Source of the DNA: Nostoc sp. CHAB 5824
GTDB taxonomy: Bacteria; Cyanobacteriota; Cyanobacteriia; Cyanobacteriales; Nostocaceae
NCBI GenBank assembly: GCA_020829665.1
Contig: JAIVFT010000026.1
Coordinates: forward strand, 39,799 to 71,798
Direction: 5' to 3'
DNA length: 32,000 nt
Both the position numbers and the translations under genes were made by a program. Below the pieces are notes generated by a model, which saw only the letters and a list, made by a program, of their open reading frames with translations, had not been told where the DNA came from and made no database searches. Shown in pieces: positions 1 through 8,312 of the stretch. Every line of letters starts with the position of its first letter. The first letter of the stretch is position 1.

Positions 1-606
1 ATTCTGTTCTTTGAAGATATTTAAAGCTTTTTCTAAAGAAGATAACGCCTCGTCTTTTTTATTTGTTTGCCACAATGCTAGTGCAAAATTAGTCAGCCCC
101 TCGCCATAATTAGGATTAATTTCTAGAGCTTTTTTATATTCAGTAATGGCTTCTTCCCAGCGACTTTGGCTAGCGTAAACAATACCGATGGCATTGTGAG
201 CTAGAGCGTATTTTGGCTGGAGGCGAATGGCTTCTTGATAAGAGCTAATTGCTTCTTCTGGCTTCTTTTGCCGAAAAAGCACATTTCCTAGTTGAAAGTG
301 TCCGAAGGCGTCTTCTGGGAATTGTTTAATGAATTTACGTAAATTTTCCTCTGCACCTGTCAAGTCTCCCTGATTAAATAAAGCATTGGCTTGTTGCAGC
401 ATCTGCGATCGCTCTGATGGGCCTGTGTCTGAAAACTGTGCTAGTTTTTGTGGTTGTCTCTCAACAGACTGTTCAGACGAATGCAAAGAAACTTTTGCAG
501 TCACCGCTGACACTAATGGTGATAGACCAATTACACTGATAATACTCAGCGCCATGCCGCTAAAAGATTGAACAAATGCTGATTTCAGTTTGCGCTTCAC
601 CTTCAT
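1..606 (-). CDS. TPR repeat protein with an N-terminal signal or anchor sequence; partial, the C-terminus lies beyond the window start
   Basis: My own reverse-strand translation from the ATG at 606-604 gives MKVKRKLKSAFVQSFSGMALSIISVIGLSPLVSAVTA, followed by TPR-like units (GHFQLGNVLFRQKKPEEAISSYQEAIRLQPKYALAHNAIGIVYASQSRWEEAITEYKKALEINPNY). The frame stays open to position 1. It is absent from the ORF track because it is truncated. Confidence 0.75.
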   Translation of the reverse strand, partial: MKVKRKLKSAFVQSFSGMALSIISVIGLSPLVSAVTAKVSLHSSEQSVERQPQKLAQFSDTGPSERSQMLQQANALFNQGDLTGAEENLRKFIKQFPEDAFGHFQLGNVLFRQKKPEEAISSYQEAIRLQPKYALAHNAIGIVYASQSRWEEAITEYKKALEINPNYGEGLTNFALALWQTNKKDEALSSLEKALNIFKEQN

Positions 607-688
607 CGCCCTGAATGCCTCAATAGTGTTCTAATCTTTATGATAAATTGAGGTGCGTTATCGCGTAATGCATCACAAGACAGACGGT

Positions 689-712
689 AAGGGCGCACAT
701 ATATGCGCCCTT
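689..712 (-). terminator. Hairpin aagggcgca/tgcgccctt with a 6-nt loop, 23 nt downstream of the orphan acs 3' fragment
   Basis: Perfect 9-bp inverted repeat at 689-697 and 704-712. There is no clear U-tract, so its function as a terminator is uncertain. Confidence 0.3.
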
Positions 713-734
713 AATTAGGCTCATTTGGAATTAT

Positions 735-905
735 TTACGTACCTTCTTGCAATTTATCTAATACGCTTCTATTTTCTAATGTCGAAGTATCTCCAGATAC
801 CTCTTGTCCGGCGGCTAGATTCCGCAGCAAGCGGCGCATAATCTTACCCGATCGCGTTTTGGGCAAAGCATCGGTAAAGCGAATTTCTCCAGGACGAGCG
901 ATCGC
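735..905 (-). pseudogene. Orphan duplicate of the acs 3' end (last 56 codons plus stop)
   Basis: 171 nt align without gaps to 1904-2074 (offset 1169), with about 9 mismatches. It would encode ...[51 protein letters not shown]. Homology starts at the stop codon and ends at a HIP1 site (gcgatcgc, 898-905). Confidence 0.85.
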
Positions 906-941
906 CCAGACACTGAGAATGATTATCTTAATTTAGAGCTT

Positions 942-1265
942 TCATGCACTAGCAGCTAGCTCTGATTCAGGTAGAAAAGCTAAAACGATATCTGTTGGAG
1001 AAACACCCATCCCTATCAAATCTTGGGTTATGCCGTGTTCTATGCCGTCATATTCTATATAAACCTTACCATTTTGTAGCGTGACATAAATTAGATTTCC
1101 TCGAACTCGCCGTCCTCTATCCCAACCCACTTGCATCAAAGCATACCTATCGTGCGTTTCATCAAAGATTGGCTCAAGTCGAATATCTCCATGCGAGGGA
1201 CGAAGTTTAGCATATTGTATAATTATCTGCTTGACTATTTCTCGATAGGTCGTGTTGGTATCCAT
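942..1265 (-). CDS. xisI: XisI family protein
   Basis: 107 aa. The Y..IVK...YA, MQVGWD, G..YIE.D and DIVLAF pattern is typical of XisI. It lies immediately downstream of, and overlaps, an xisH-like frame. Confidence 0.85.
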   Translation of the reverse strand: MDTNTTYREIVKQIIIQYAKLRPSHGDIRLEPIFDETHDRYALMQVGWDRGRRVRGNLIYVTLQNGKVYIEYDGIEHGITQDLIGMGVSPTDIVLAFLPESELAASA

Positions 1266-1699
1266 TGTATGACCTCTACTGTTTTTAAATTGATGATAAT
1301 TAATTTCAGTGGCATTTCTGTAATTACTAGTTCGCCAATTGGTTCATTGAAAATATTGCTATAGATAGTATCTGTAATCGCTAAATAGAGTTCTCGCTCT
1401 GGTTCTATTCTACTAAGTAAAAGCTGATAGAGTGTATACTGTCCAATCGCTTGTTCTAAATCAGCAATAACAGATTGACCGCGAAAATCTTTAATTTCAA
1501 TTGCTATTCGCTGATTTTCTTTTGTTGCACCGATAAAATTTCCTTGAGCTTGGTTAACTGTTGATGATAAAGTAGCAGCCAAATCTATAAATAAGAATCT
1601 ATCCCCGTAAGAAATAACATAAGGAGCGTCAGTTATTTTCCAACCATCTTTAATAATCGCTTGCTAGACTAGATTGTGAATGCTATCTCTTGGTGGCAT
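1235..1699 (-). pseudogene. xisH: XisH family gene interrupted by an in-frame TAG (complement of 1664-1666)
   Basis: Translation from the ATG at 1699-1697 gives MPPRDSIHNLV*QAIIKDGWKITDAPYVISYGDRFLFIDLAATLS..., continuous with the track ORF 1235-1582. The N-terminus matches the XisH pattern (..KD..H..V..A..KDGW.IT.DP) except for the stop at codon 12. Confidence 0.75.
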
Positions 1700-1774
1700 T
1701 AATTAATCAAAAGTAAGTTGATACTAGGATGTATTTGATAGCTATGTATAACGGATCATATTGTGAGCCTCATA

Positions 1775-1806
1775 GAAAGGCATCTCCAATATAGGAAATG
1801 CCTTTC
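1775..1806 (-). terminator. Hairpin downstream of the intact acs stop codon
   Basis: gaaaggcatctcc / ggaaatgcctttc forms a 13-bp stem with one mismatch and a 6-nt loop. It is preceded (1808-1890) by a dispersed-repeat-like hairpin segment containing gggggaaaccccc. Confidence 0.35.
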
Positions 1807-1903
1807 CCTTCGGGTTCAGCAGTCGCTCATGGGGGAAACCCCCATCGCCCTTGGCGTCTCCCCTTGGGAGAAGACCGCGCTGCTTCACCAAAATCTAAAA
1901 TTT

Positions 1904-3877
1904 CTATGTGCCTTCCCGCAATTTATCTAATACGCTTCTATCTTCCAATGTCGAAGTATCTCCAGATACCTCTTGTCCGGCGGCTAGATTCCGCAGCAAG
2001 CGGCGCATAATCTTACCCGATCGCGTTTTGGGCAAAGCGTCTGTAAAGCGAATTTCTCCAGGACGAGCGATCGCACCAATTTCTTTGACAACGTGCAGTT
2101 TGAGTTCTTTACTCAGTTCCTCACTTCCCTGATAAGTGCCTTCTAAAGTCACAAAAGCAACTACTTCTTCGCCCTTAAGCTCATCCGGTTTACCTACTAC
2201 CGCCGCTTCTGCAACTGCTGGGTGAGAAACTAAAGCTGATTCTACTTCCATTGTACCGAGCCGATGTCCTGATACATTTAATACGTCATCAATCCGACCC
2301 ATTACCCAGAAGTAGCCGTCCTCATCAAGTCTAGCGCCATCACCAGCAAAGTAAGTATAGTTACCATCTTTGGGTGGAATGTGTTCCCAATAGGTGCGGC
2401 GGAAGCGTTCTGGATCGCCGTAGACTGTCCGCATCATTCCTGGCCAAGGATGGCGCACTGCTAGATAACCGCCTTCGTTATTGGGTACGGTGTTTCCTTC
2501 TAAATCCACGACATCTGCAATAATTCCTGGGAAGGGAAGAGTTGCTGAACCAGGTTTGGTGGGAATTGCTCCTGGTAACGGTGTTATCATGATACCGCCG
2601 GTTTCCGTTTGCCACCAGGTATCAACAATTGGACAGCGATCGCCACCAATTACTTTGTGATACCACATCCAAGCTTCTGGGTTAATCGGTTCGCCGACGG
2701 TTCCCAGCAAACGCAACGAAGACAAGTTTCGCGCATTGGGATGTTGTTCGCCCATCTTAATAAATGCCCGAATTGCTGTAGGTGCTGTATAAAAAATATT
2801 CACGCCGTATTTTTCAATTACATCCCAGAAACAGCCAGGATTAGAAGCACGGGGCGCACCTTCGTACATCACCGTGGTTGCACCGTTGGAAAGAGGCCCG
2901 TAGACAATGTAGCTGTGTCCCGTAATCCAACCTACATCGGCGGTACACCAATATACATCTGTGTCTTGTAGGTCGAATATCCACTTAGTGGTGATATGGG
3001 TATACAAATTATAACCAGCAGTTGTATGCACTACACCCTTCGGTTTGCCAGTGCTGCCAGAAGTGTAGAGAACAAACAGCATATCTTCACTGTCCATAGG
3101 TTCGGCGGGACAATCTGCTGATACTCCTTTTTGCAAATCATGCCACCAATGATCGCGTCCACCCAACTGCATATAAGTTTCCTGTCCAGTGCGCTTGACA
3201 ACTAGGACATTTTCAACGCTAGGAACAGCACCATCAGCTAATGCTTTATCTACCTGTTCCTTCAAAGGAACGATCGCATCTTTGCGCCAACCACCATCAG
3301 CCGTGATTACCAGTTTAGCTTTGGCATCAATTAAGCGATCGCGCAAAGCTTCGGCACTAAAACCACCAAATACTACGCCGTGGGGTGCGCCAATTCGGGC
3401 ACAGGCTAACATAGCGATCGCAGCTTCGGGAATCATCGGCATATAAATACCAACGCGATCGCCTTTTTGTACACCCAGTTGCTTCAATACATTGGCAAAT
3501 TGGCAAACTTCCCGATGCAGTTGGGCGTAAGTTAGGGTACGCGAATCACCTGGTTCTCCTTCCCAAATCAATGCTGCTTTATTTTTGCGCCAGGTAGTGA
3601 GATGTCTGTCAAGGCAGTTGTAAGAAATATTAATTTTACCGCCAACGAACCACTTAGCAAAAGGTGGTTGCCAATCTAGTACTGTATCCCATTTTTGGAA
3701 CCATTCTAATTCTGTTCCAGCCAAATCTGCCCAAAATTGCTGTGGATCGGCTTTGGCTTTGTTATAGAGGCGCTGATACTCTTCCAGGCTTTTGATATGG
3801 GCATTTTGCGAGAATTCAGAGGCAGGATGAAATAGGCGATTCTCTTGGAGGATTGATTCTATAGTTGGTTGAGACAT
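1904..3877 (-). CDS. acs: Acetyl-CoA synthetase (AMP-forming)
   Basis: 657 aa, full-length Acs pattern: [29 protein letters not shown]......DGY....GR.DDV...SGHR.G..E.E and the C-terminal [11 protein letters not shown]. Confidence 0.97.
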   Translation of the reverse strand: MSQPTIESILQENRLFHPASEFSQNAHIKSLEEYQRLYNKAKADPQQFWADLAGTELEWFQKWDTVLDWQPPFAKWFVGGKINISYNCLDRHLTTWRKNKAALIWEGEPGDSRTLTYAQLHREVCQFANVLKQLGVQKGDRVGIYMPMIPEAAIAMLACARIGAPHGVVFGGFSAEALRDRLIDAKAKLVITADGGWRKDAIVPLKEQVDKALADGAVPSVENVLVVKRTGQETYMQLGGRDHWWHDLQKGVSADCPAEPMDSEDMLFVLYTSGSTGKPKGVVHTTAGYNLYTHITTKWIFDLQDTDVYWCTADVGWITGHSYIVYGPLSNGATTVMYEGAPRASNPGCFWDVIEKYGVNIFYTAPTAIRAFIKMGEQHPNARNLSSLRLLGTVGEPINPEAWMWYHKVIGGDRCPIVDTWWQTETGGIMITPLPGAIPTKPGSATLPFPGIIADVVDLEGNTVPNNEGGYLAVRHPWPGMMRTVYGDPERFRRTYWEHIPPKDGNYTYFAGDGARLDEDGYFWVMGRIDDVLNVSGHRLGTMEVESALVSHPAVAEAAVVGKPDELKGEEVVAFVTLEGTYQGSEELSKELKLHVVKEIGAIARPGEIRFTDALPKTRSGKIMRRLLRNLAAGQEVSGDTSTLEDRSVLDKLREGT

Positions 3878-4107
3878 GGTTAGTTATGAGTGCGATCGCT
3901 ATTAATACTAAAAACCATTCTTAGCCCAGTTGTGCTAGATAATGTTTAGATTTTCGTTAAGCTAGGTAGAAATTGCCGAGTTATTTAGTTTACATTGATT
4001 TTCATCTAGCAAAAGCAAGCGATCAAGAAATGTAAAGACGTTTTCCAACCCATCTACCGGGAATGTTGCAATATTGTAAGTAGTCTTGACAAGCAAAACT
4101 TGAAACT

Positions 4108-4752
4108 ATGCCCCTCACTGTCGAAGCTAGTACTCTATCTCTCAACGATGTTCATCGCTTTCTCAAATTAGAAAAGCTTTCAAATGGTTCATTTACAAAT
4201 TTCTTAAGGCTAGAACTACTCTCTGACTTTGAACAGCAGGATTTATTACGAATCAGAGACGACTTTGATCGTTATTTAAATGCAGGTAAAATTTCTGAAG
4301 GTTTGGTTAAATTTATAACGATCGCACCATTAATGCGGTTAGCGGGATTTTACGATGTGCCGATTCGGTTGACAATGGAAGATAGCATTGCGATCGCAGT
4401 CGAAGATGAAGACAGAAGAATTACCGGACGGATGGATATTTTAGCAATTAATAGTCCTCAAAGTAATGTTGCGCCGCCATTTTGGGTTCTAGTGATTGAA
4501 ACAAAAAATAGTTCGGTTAATGTGATTGAGGGTTTACCTCAATTACTCACTTATGCTTTTAAAAGTTTAGATCAACAGCCATCAGTTTGGGGTTTGGTAA
4601 CTAATGGACAGCTTTATCAATTTGTTTATTTAAGACATGACAACCAGTCAACTTATGAGTTAATGCCATTATTAAATTTGAGTCAATCTCCAGATGCAAT
4701 TGAGTTATTGCAAGTTTTCAAAGCCATTTGTAAGTTACCAAATTTTCAGTAA
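4108..4752 (+). CDS. PD-(D/E)xK nuclease-like protein (HsdR N-terminal-domain-like)
   Basis: 214 aa. GRMDILAI ... WVLVIETKN resembles a D...E-x-K nuclease core. The family assignment is from memory and needs an HMM check. Confidence 0.55.
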   Translation: MPLTVEASTLSLNDVHRFLKLEKLSNGSFTNFLRLELLSDFEQQDLLRIRDDFDRYLNAGKISEGLVKFITIAPLMRLAGFYDVPIRLTMEDSIAIAVEDEDRRITGRMDILAINSPQSNVAPPFWVLVIETKNSSVNVIEGLPQLLTYAFKSLDQQPSVWGLVTNGQLYQFVYLRHDNQSTYELMPLLNLSQSPDAIELLQVFKAICKLPNFQ

Positions 4753-4774
4753 ATAAATCGCGGAGCGATCGCTG

Positions 4775-5503
4775 ATGTCTGAACCTGCTACCTTAGAAAT
4801 CATCTCTGATAATATTTCAGAAGACGAAATTCTTTTTCCTCCTGGCGATATACTGAGTGACGAACCACCCTTGGAAAGTGACCTGCACCGTGACCAAATT
4901 GATTTACTGATTCGCATACTTAAATTGTGGTGGCGAGATAGGCAAGATTTCTATGCTTCTGGCAATTTGACGATTTACTACAGTCCTAACCAGAAAAAAT
5001 CAGAACATTTCCGTGGCCCAGACTTTTTTGTAGTTTTGGGAACCCAGAAAAAAGACCGTAAGAGTTGGGTAGTTTGGCAAGAAGACGGCAAATACCCTAA
5101 CCTAATTGTGGAAATTTTGTCAAGCTCAACGGTAACAGTTGATAAAGGTTTAAAAAAACAAATTTACCAGGATACCTTCCGTACACCAGATTATTTCTGG
5201 TTTGACCCTGTAACAATGGAACTTCAGGGATTTCATTTAGTTGATGGGAAGTATCAAGAAATCCAAGTAACCACTGATGGACGTTTGTGGAGTCAGCAGT
5301 TAGAACTTTATTTGGGAGTTTATGAAGGTAAATTAAGATTCTTCACTACTGAAAATCAACTGATAGTATCATCAGAAGAATTGGCCCAACAAGAACGTTT
5401 ACGTGCCGAACAGGCAGAAGAACGTGCCCAACAAGCAGAGCAAGAAATTACTCGACTGCGGGAGGCTTTACGTACACAGGGCATCGACCTAGAAAATATT
5501 TAA
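4775..5503 (+). CDS. Uma2 family (DUF820) endonuclease with a C-terminal coiled-coil tail
   Basis: 242 aa. GPDFFVV ... IVEILSSST..DKG.K...Y is typical of Uma2. The tail EELAQQERLRAEQAEERAQQAEQEITRLREAL is common in cyanobacterial members. It starts 22 nt after the previous gene. Confidence 0.85.
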   Translation: MSEPATLEIISDNISEDEILFPPGDILSDEPPLESDLHRDQIDLLIRILKLWWRDRQDFYASGNLTIYYSPNQKKSEHFRGPDFFVVLGTQKKDRKSWVVWQEDGKYPNLIVEILSSSTVTVDKGLKKQIYQDTFRTPDYFWFDPVTMELQGFHLVDGKYQEIQVTTDGRLWSQQLELYLGVYEGKLRFFTTENQLIVSSEELAQQERLRAEQAEERAQQAEQEITRLREALRTQGIDLENI

Positions 5504-5595
5504 TAACATCAAAAAATTAACTAAAGACATTTTCAAGTTAAAATCTAGTTATCAGTATGTAAAAAAAGCGTTTTCTTCTGAAAGTAGGGCATCGT

Positions 5596-6282
5596 TTGCA
5601 AGCAAAAGAGATTAAGGATAAGCTAAAGTCCCTTATCGAGCAAGCCTCCTCGATAGATCATAATTTAGCGAGAAGATTAGATGAGATCAATCGTTGGGTA
5701 AAAGACATCAAACCAGGTTCCCTGACTGCAAAACCCTTTGTCACTGCCTTTCTGTTAGAGGTAATTACGGATTCTACAATTTGGCTGATCATCAAATCTT
5801 TACCTTCAGAAGAACAAAAAGCAAAGTTTGAGCTTATGACACCGATTGAGAGATATTGGTATGGTTATCTCTTTCCCAAATGGTTCAATGCAAGTGACTC
5901 CAAGTTTTATATTTGGAAACAAAAATTGATGGCAGGCGAATTTAATCAGGTAGATGATGATATTATTAAATTAATAGCCCAAGATATTGTTCAGAGAGAA
6001 GGTAGTTTTTGGCAGCGTTATATAGCCGACCTTTCAATGGCAACAGATTTAATTGTTAGTCGTAACAATCAACCACTGTGCATTCAAGTTACCAGTGTTT
6101 CTGAAGAACTTAATCACCAAAAGTACGAAGCTTGGCAAAATACACTGCGATCGTGGGAAATCGAGAGGGGGTTGTTCTTAAGTTACAATCCCAAAGATGC
6201 TAATTTTGTCAACCAGTTAGTCAACGTGGCCCTGTATAACAGTGATTACCTTTCTGGTGGCAAATATTTAAAATTTTCGTGA
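5596..6282 (+). CDS. Hypothetical protein (228 aa), TTG start
   Basis: Long ORF with no recognisable motif. The first in-frame ATG lies far inside the ORF, so the TTG at 5596 (preceded by aguaggg) is the best start. Its stop overlaps the next ORF. Confidence 0.5.
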   Translation: MQAKEIKDKLKSLIEQASSIDHNLARRLDEINRWVKDIKPGSLTAKPFVTAFLLEVITDSTIWLIIKSLPSEEQKAKFELMTPIERYWYGYLFPKWFNASDSKFYIWKQKLMAGEFNQVDDDIIKLIAQDIVQREGSFWQRYIADLSMATDLIVSRNNQPLCIQVTSVSEELNHQKYEAWQNTLRSWEIERGLFLSYNPKDANFVNQLVNVALYNSDYLSGGKYLKFS

Positions 6283-6788
6283 ATTTTCAGGAATTTAATA
6301 TTTCAGATTTGTGTTATAGCCTACATACCTACGTGCTAATTAGAGCTTTTATGGCTAACAAAAGAGAAACTCACTGCAACAATCAAGTAGATACATTTGC
6401 GGAAGCTTTAGCAACAGCCCGAAAAATGCAGCAAAACTGGCTAACTTACGGGGTTAATTTTGTAAATTTTTACGTTGAAGATGTAGATGGAGACTGGCTA
6501 GAAACCTGGGGACATGATGAAATCTTAGATAATTCTCAATTAGATACTATCAAAGAATTTTTGGTAAGTAATGATAGTGTGGCTGTTAAAGTAAGACAGC
6601 ATTTAGGAGAGCGATCGCTGTTTGATTTTGCAGTAAACTTAGATGAATCTTGGAGAATTTCCCAAACCAATGACAGGCTATTTGCTGTGAGAAACTTGTT
6701 AGCTGGTGAAGGAAATGGCATTGATGATGACATCAGGCTCTTGAATTTAGTAAATTGTCTGCTGGTAAAGTTGGCAGAAATTTTGTAA
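6279..6788 (+). CDS. Hypothetical acidic protein (169 aa from the GTG start; an alternative ATG at 6352 gives MANKRETH...)
   Basis: ORF in the same orientation. The GTGA overlap with the upstream stop suggests coupling. No recognised domain. Confidence 0.5.
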   Translation: MNFQEFNISDLCYSLHTYVLIRAFMANKRETHCNNQVDTFAEALATARKMQQNWLTYGVNFVNFYVEDVDGDWLETWGHDEILDNSQLDTIKEFLVSNDSVAVKVRQHLGERSLFDFAVNLDESWRISQTNDRLFAVRNLLAGEGNGIDDDIRLLNLVNCLLVKLAEIL

Positions 6789-6895
6789 AATTTGGAATTG
6801 CATAGTGGTAAAGGAAATTTTGAACTCAAGGGTTTTCATGTTTGATTTTGGTTGTGATTGGGTGGCATATAGGCGATCGCTTTTCCAGACGAGCT

Positions 6896-7147
6896 TTAAT
6901 AATCTTTAAGATGTGCAATCTTTATCACTGTTACTAGCAAGGGTTGATCCTCAATCTGGTAAATAATGCGGTATTCACCCAGAAGAACCTTATACAACCG
7001 TTCAGTATCCTTCAATGGGTGAGCGTCTTCTGAACGTGGATTTAATGCTAGTTTATCTAACTTTTGTGCTAGTCGTTGCTGCACCTCTGAATCCAATTCT
7101 GTAATTGTCTGCACAGCCGAAGGTGCTAATGTTACTTGGTAGCTCAT
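6896..7147 (-). CDS. RelE/ParE family type II toxin
   Basis: 83 aa. ...L.NP......PLKD...LYKVLLGEYRIIYQIED..LLVTVIKIAH is the typical RelE/ParE C-terminal core. There is a 4-nt ATGA overlap with the upstream gene. Confidence 0.85.
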   Translation of the reverse strand: MSYQVTLAPSAVQTITELDSEVQQRLAQKLDKLALNPRSEDAHPLKDTERLYKVLLGEYRIIYQIEDQPLLVTVIKIAHLKDY

Positions 7148-7413
7148 ATCCTTAGCTCCCTTTTGATGTCTTCAAAGGGTGTTGTCCCCAACCCTGCAAT
7201 TTCCTCTAGTACCTTATAAGCATCTCTTACATCAGCCTCATCTAACCTTGCTTCAATTAGCTCATGCATCTGCTCTGTTGAGGTAATTTCAATCCCTGGT
7301 TCTTCTCTAAGTTTGTCCGTTAACGCATGAAAAGCTTCTTGATCGTCTCGATGTTGCAACACATAAGCTCTTAACTCTTGTTTAGTCATCCCTTGAAAAT
7401 TTGCCTTAGTCAT
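7144..7413 (-). CDS. Cognate antitoxin candidate (89 aa)
   Basis: The call rests on position and on translational coupling to the RelE-like gene. The N-terminal MTK.NFQ.MT..ELRAYVL.HRDD.EAF resembles a small cyanobacterial family (DUF6887-like, from memory). Confidence 0.65.
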   Translation of the reverse strand: MTKANFQGMTKQELRAYVLQHRDDQEAFHALTDKLREEPGIEITSTEQMHELIEARLDEADVRDAYKVLEEIAGLGTTPFEDIKRELRI

Positions 7414-7586
7414 AAATATCTTACCCTCCCATTTGGCAATATTTCTACTTCAAAGCTTTGTCCAGCCAGAATGTAAATGCGTGTTGTCCGTTCATCTAAT
7501 CTCACCAAGTAAATTGATAGGTACATCTGAGTTAAATCCTGACACACCTTAAATAATTCAATTGCTTGTTCATTAGTTGGTTTCAT
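7410..7586 (-). CDS. Unlisted 58-aa ORF coupled by an ATGA overlap to the antitoxin gene
   Basis: My own translation: MKPTNEQAIELFKVCQDLTQMYLSIYLVRLDERTTRIYILAGQSFEVEILPNGRVRYL*. The stop (7412-7410) overlaps the antitoxin ATG (7413-7411). The ORF is below the 60-aa cutoff of the track. Confidence 0.5.
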   Translation of the reverse strand: MKPTNEQAIELFKVCQDLTQMYLSIYLVRLDERTTRIYILAGQSFEVEILPNGRVRYL

Positions 7587-7884
7587 TTAGCATCATTAAC
7601 AAATTAAATTGTAGTAAATTGCTTGCAGACGCTATTTACTTTATTTTATTTAAATTGTATACGTAGATTTTGCATAAAAATCTTACACAGTTGAAGCAAT
7701 TGTGACTAACGTTTAAGTGTATGTTGCAAAGATTAAATGTTTTCTTATGAATGTTGAAAGTTTTCCCTTTAAGGGTAAATCCGACTTTCACACAGAGAAA
7801 CGGGATTAGCCTTTAACTCTTTGGAATGTAAACATCTGTTATTGTATGCATCAGTGAAGATGTCGCCAGATAAGGTAGGATACT

Positions 7885-8301
7885 TTGGAACCAATAACAG
7901 CTAGTGCGATCGCAACTCTCGCTTTTACTAAAGTATTTGAGACAACCATCGAGAAATTTACTGAAGCAGCCCTTGTTAAAATGGATGAGCTGCGAAAAAA
8001 GATTTGGGGTAAATTACGGGGAAATTTGAAAGCAGAAACAGCCCTCGTTGCTGCTGAAAAAGGCTCGAAACCAGATTTAGATAGGGTTGCTGCTTACTTG
8101 CAGATAGTTTTACACGAAGAACCGGAGTTTGCTAAAGAAGTAGAAACACTGGCTCGTGAAATTGAGGCTGGTAAGATAGTAGACAAAAGCAATATGACTC
8201 AAATCAACCAAGACAATGCCAAGGGATGGCAAACTAAGGTTGAGGGTGGAACTGTTTATCAAGGCGAGATTAACATTCATCATGCACCCCCCAATTCTTG
8301 A
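7885..8301 (+). CDS. Bell-like (HeLo-analogous) small effector candidate with a C-terminal amyloid-signalling-like motif
   Basis: 138 aa, TTG start preceded by aagguagga. The N-terminal helix is hydrophobic (MEPITASAIATLAFTKVF) and the body is helical. The C-terminal NQDNAKGWQTKVEGGTVYQGEINI is repeated at the N-terminus of the next gene. Confidence 0.65.
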   Translation: MEPITASAIATLAFTKVFETTIEKFTEAALVKMDELRKKIWGKLRGNLKAETALVAAEKGSKPDLDRVAAYLQIVLHEEPEFAKEVETLAREIEAGKIVDKSNMTQINQDNAKGWQTKVEGGTVYQGEINIHHAPPNS

Positions 8302-8312
8302 ATTGAGCCATC

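Noticed and set aside
386-571. Track ORF 386-571 (+)
   Set aside because: It is antisense to the TPR protein frame that runs continuously from 606 to 1.
1798-3446. Plus-strand ORFs inside or next to acs (1798-2010, 1908-2132, 2609-2971, 3189-3446)
   Set aside because: They are antisense to a full-length, well-conserved acs frame or lie in a dispersed repeat, and have no recognisable protein features.
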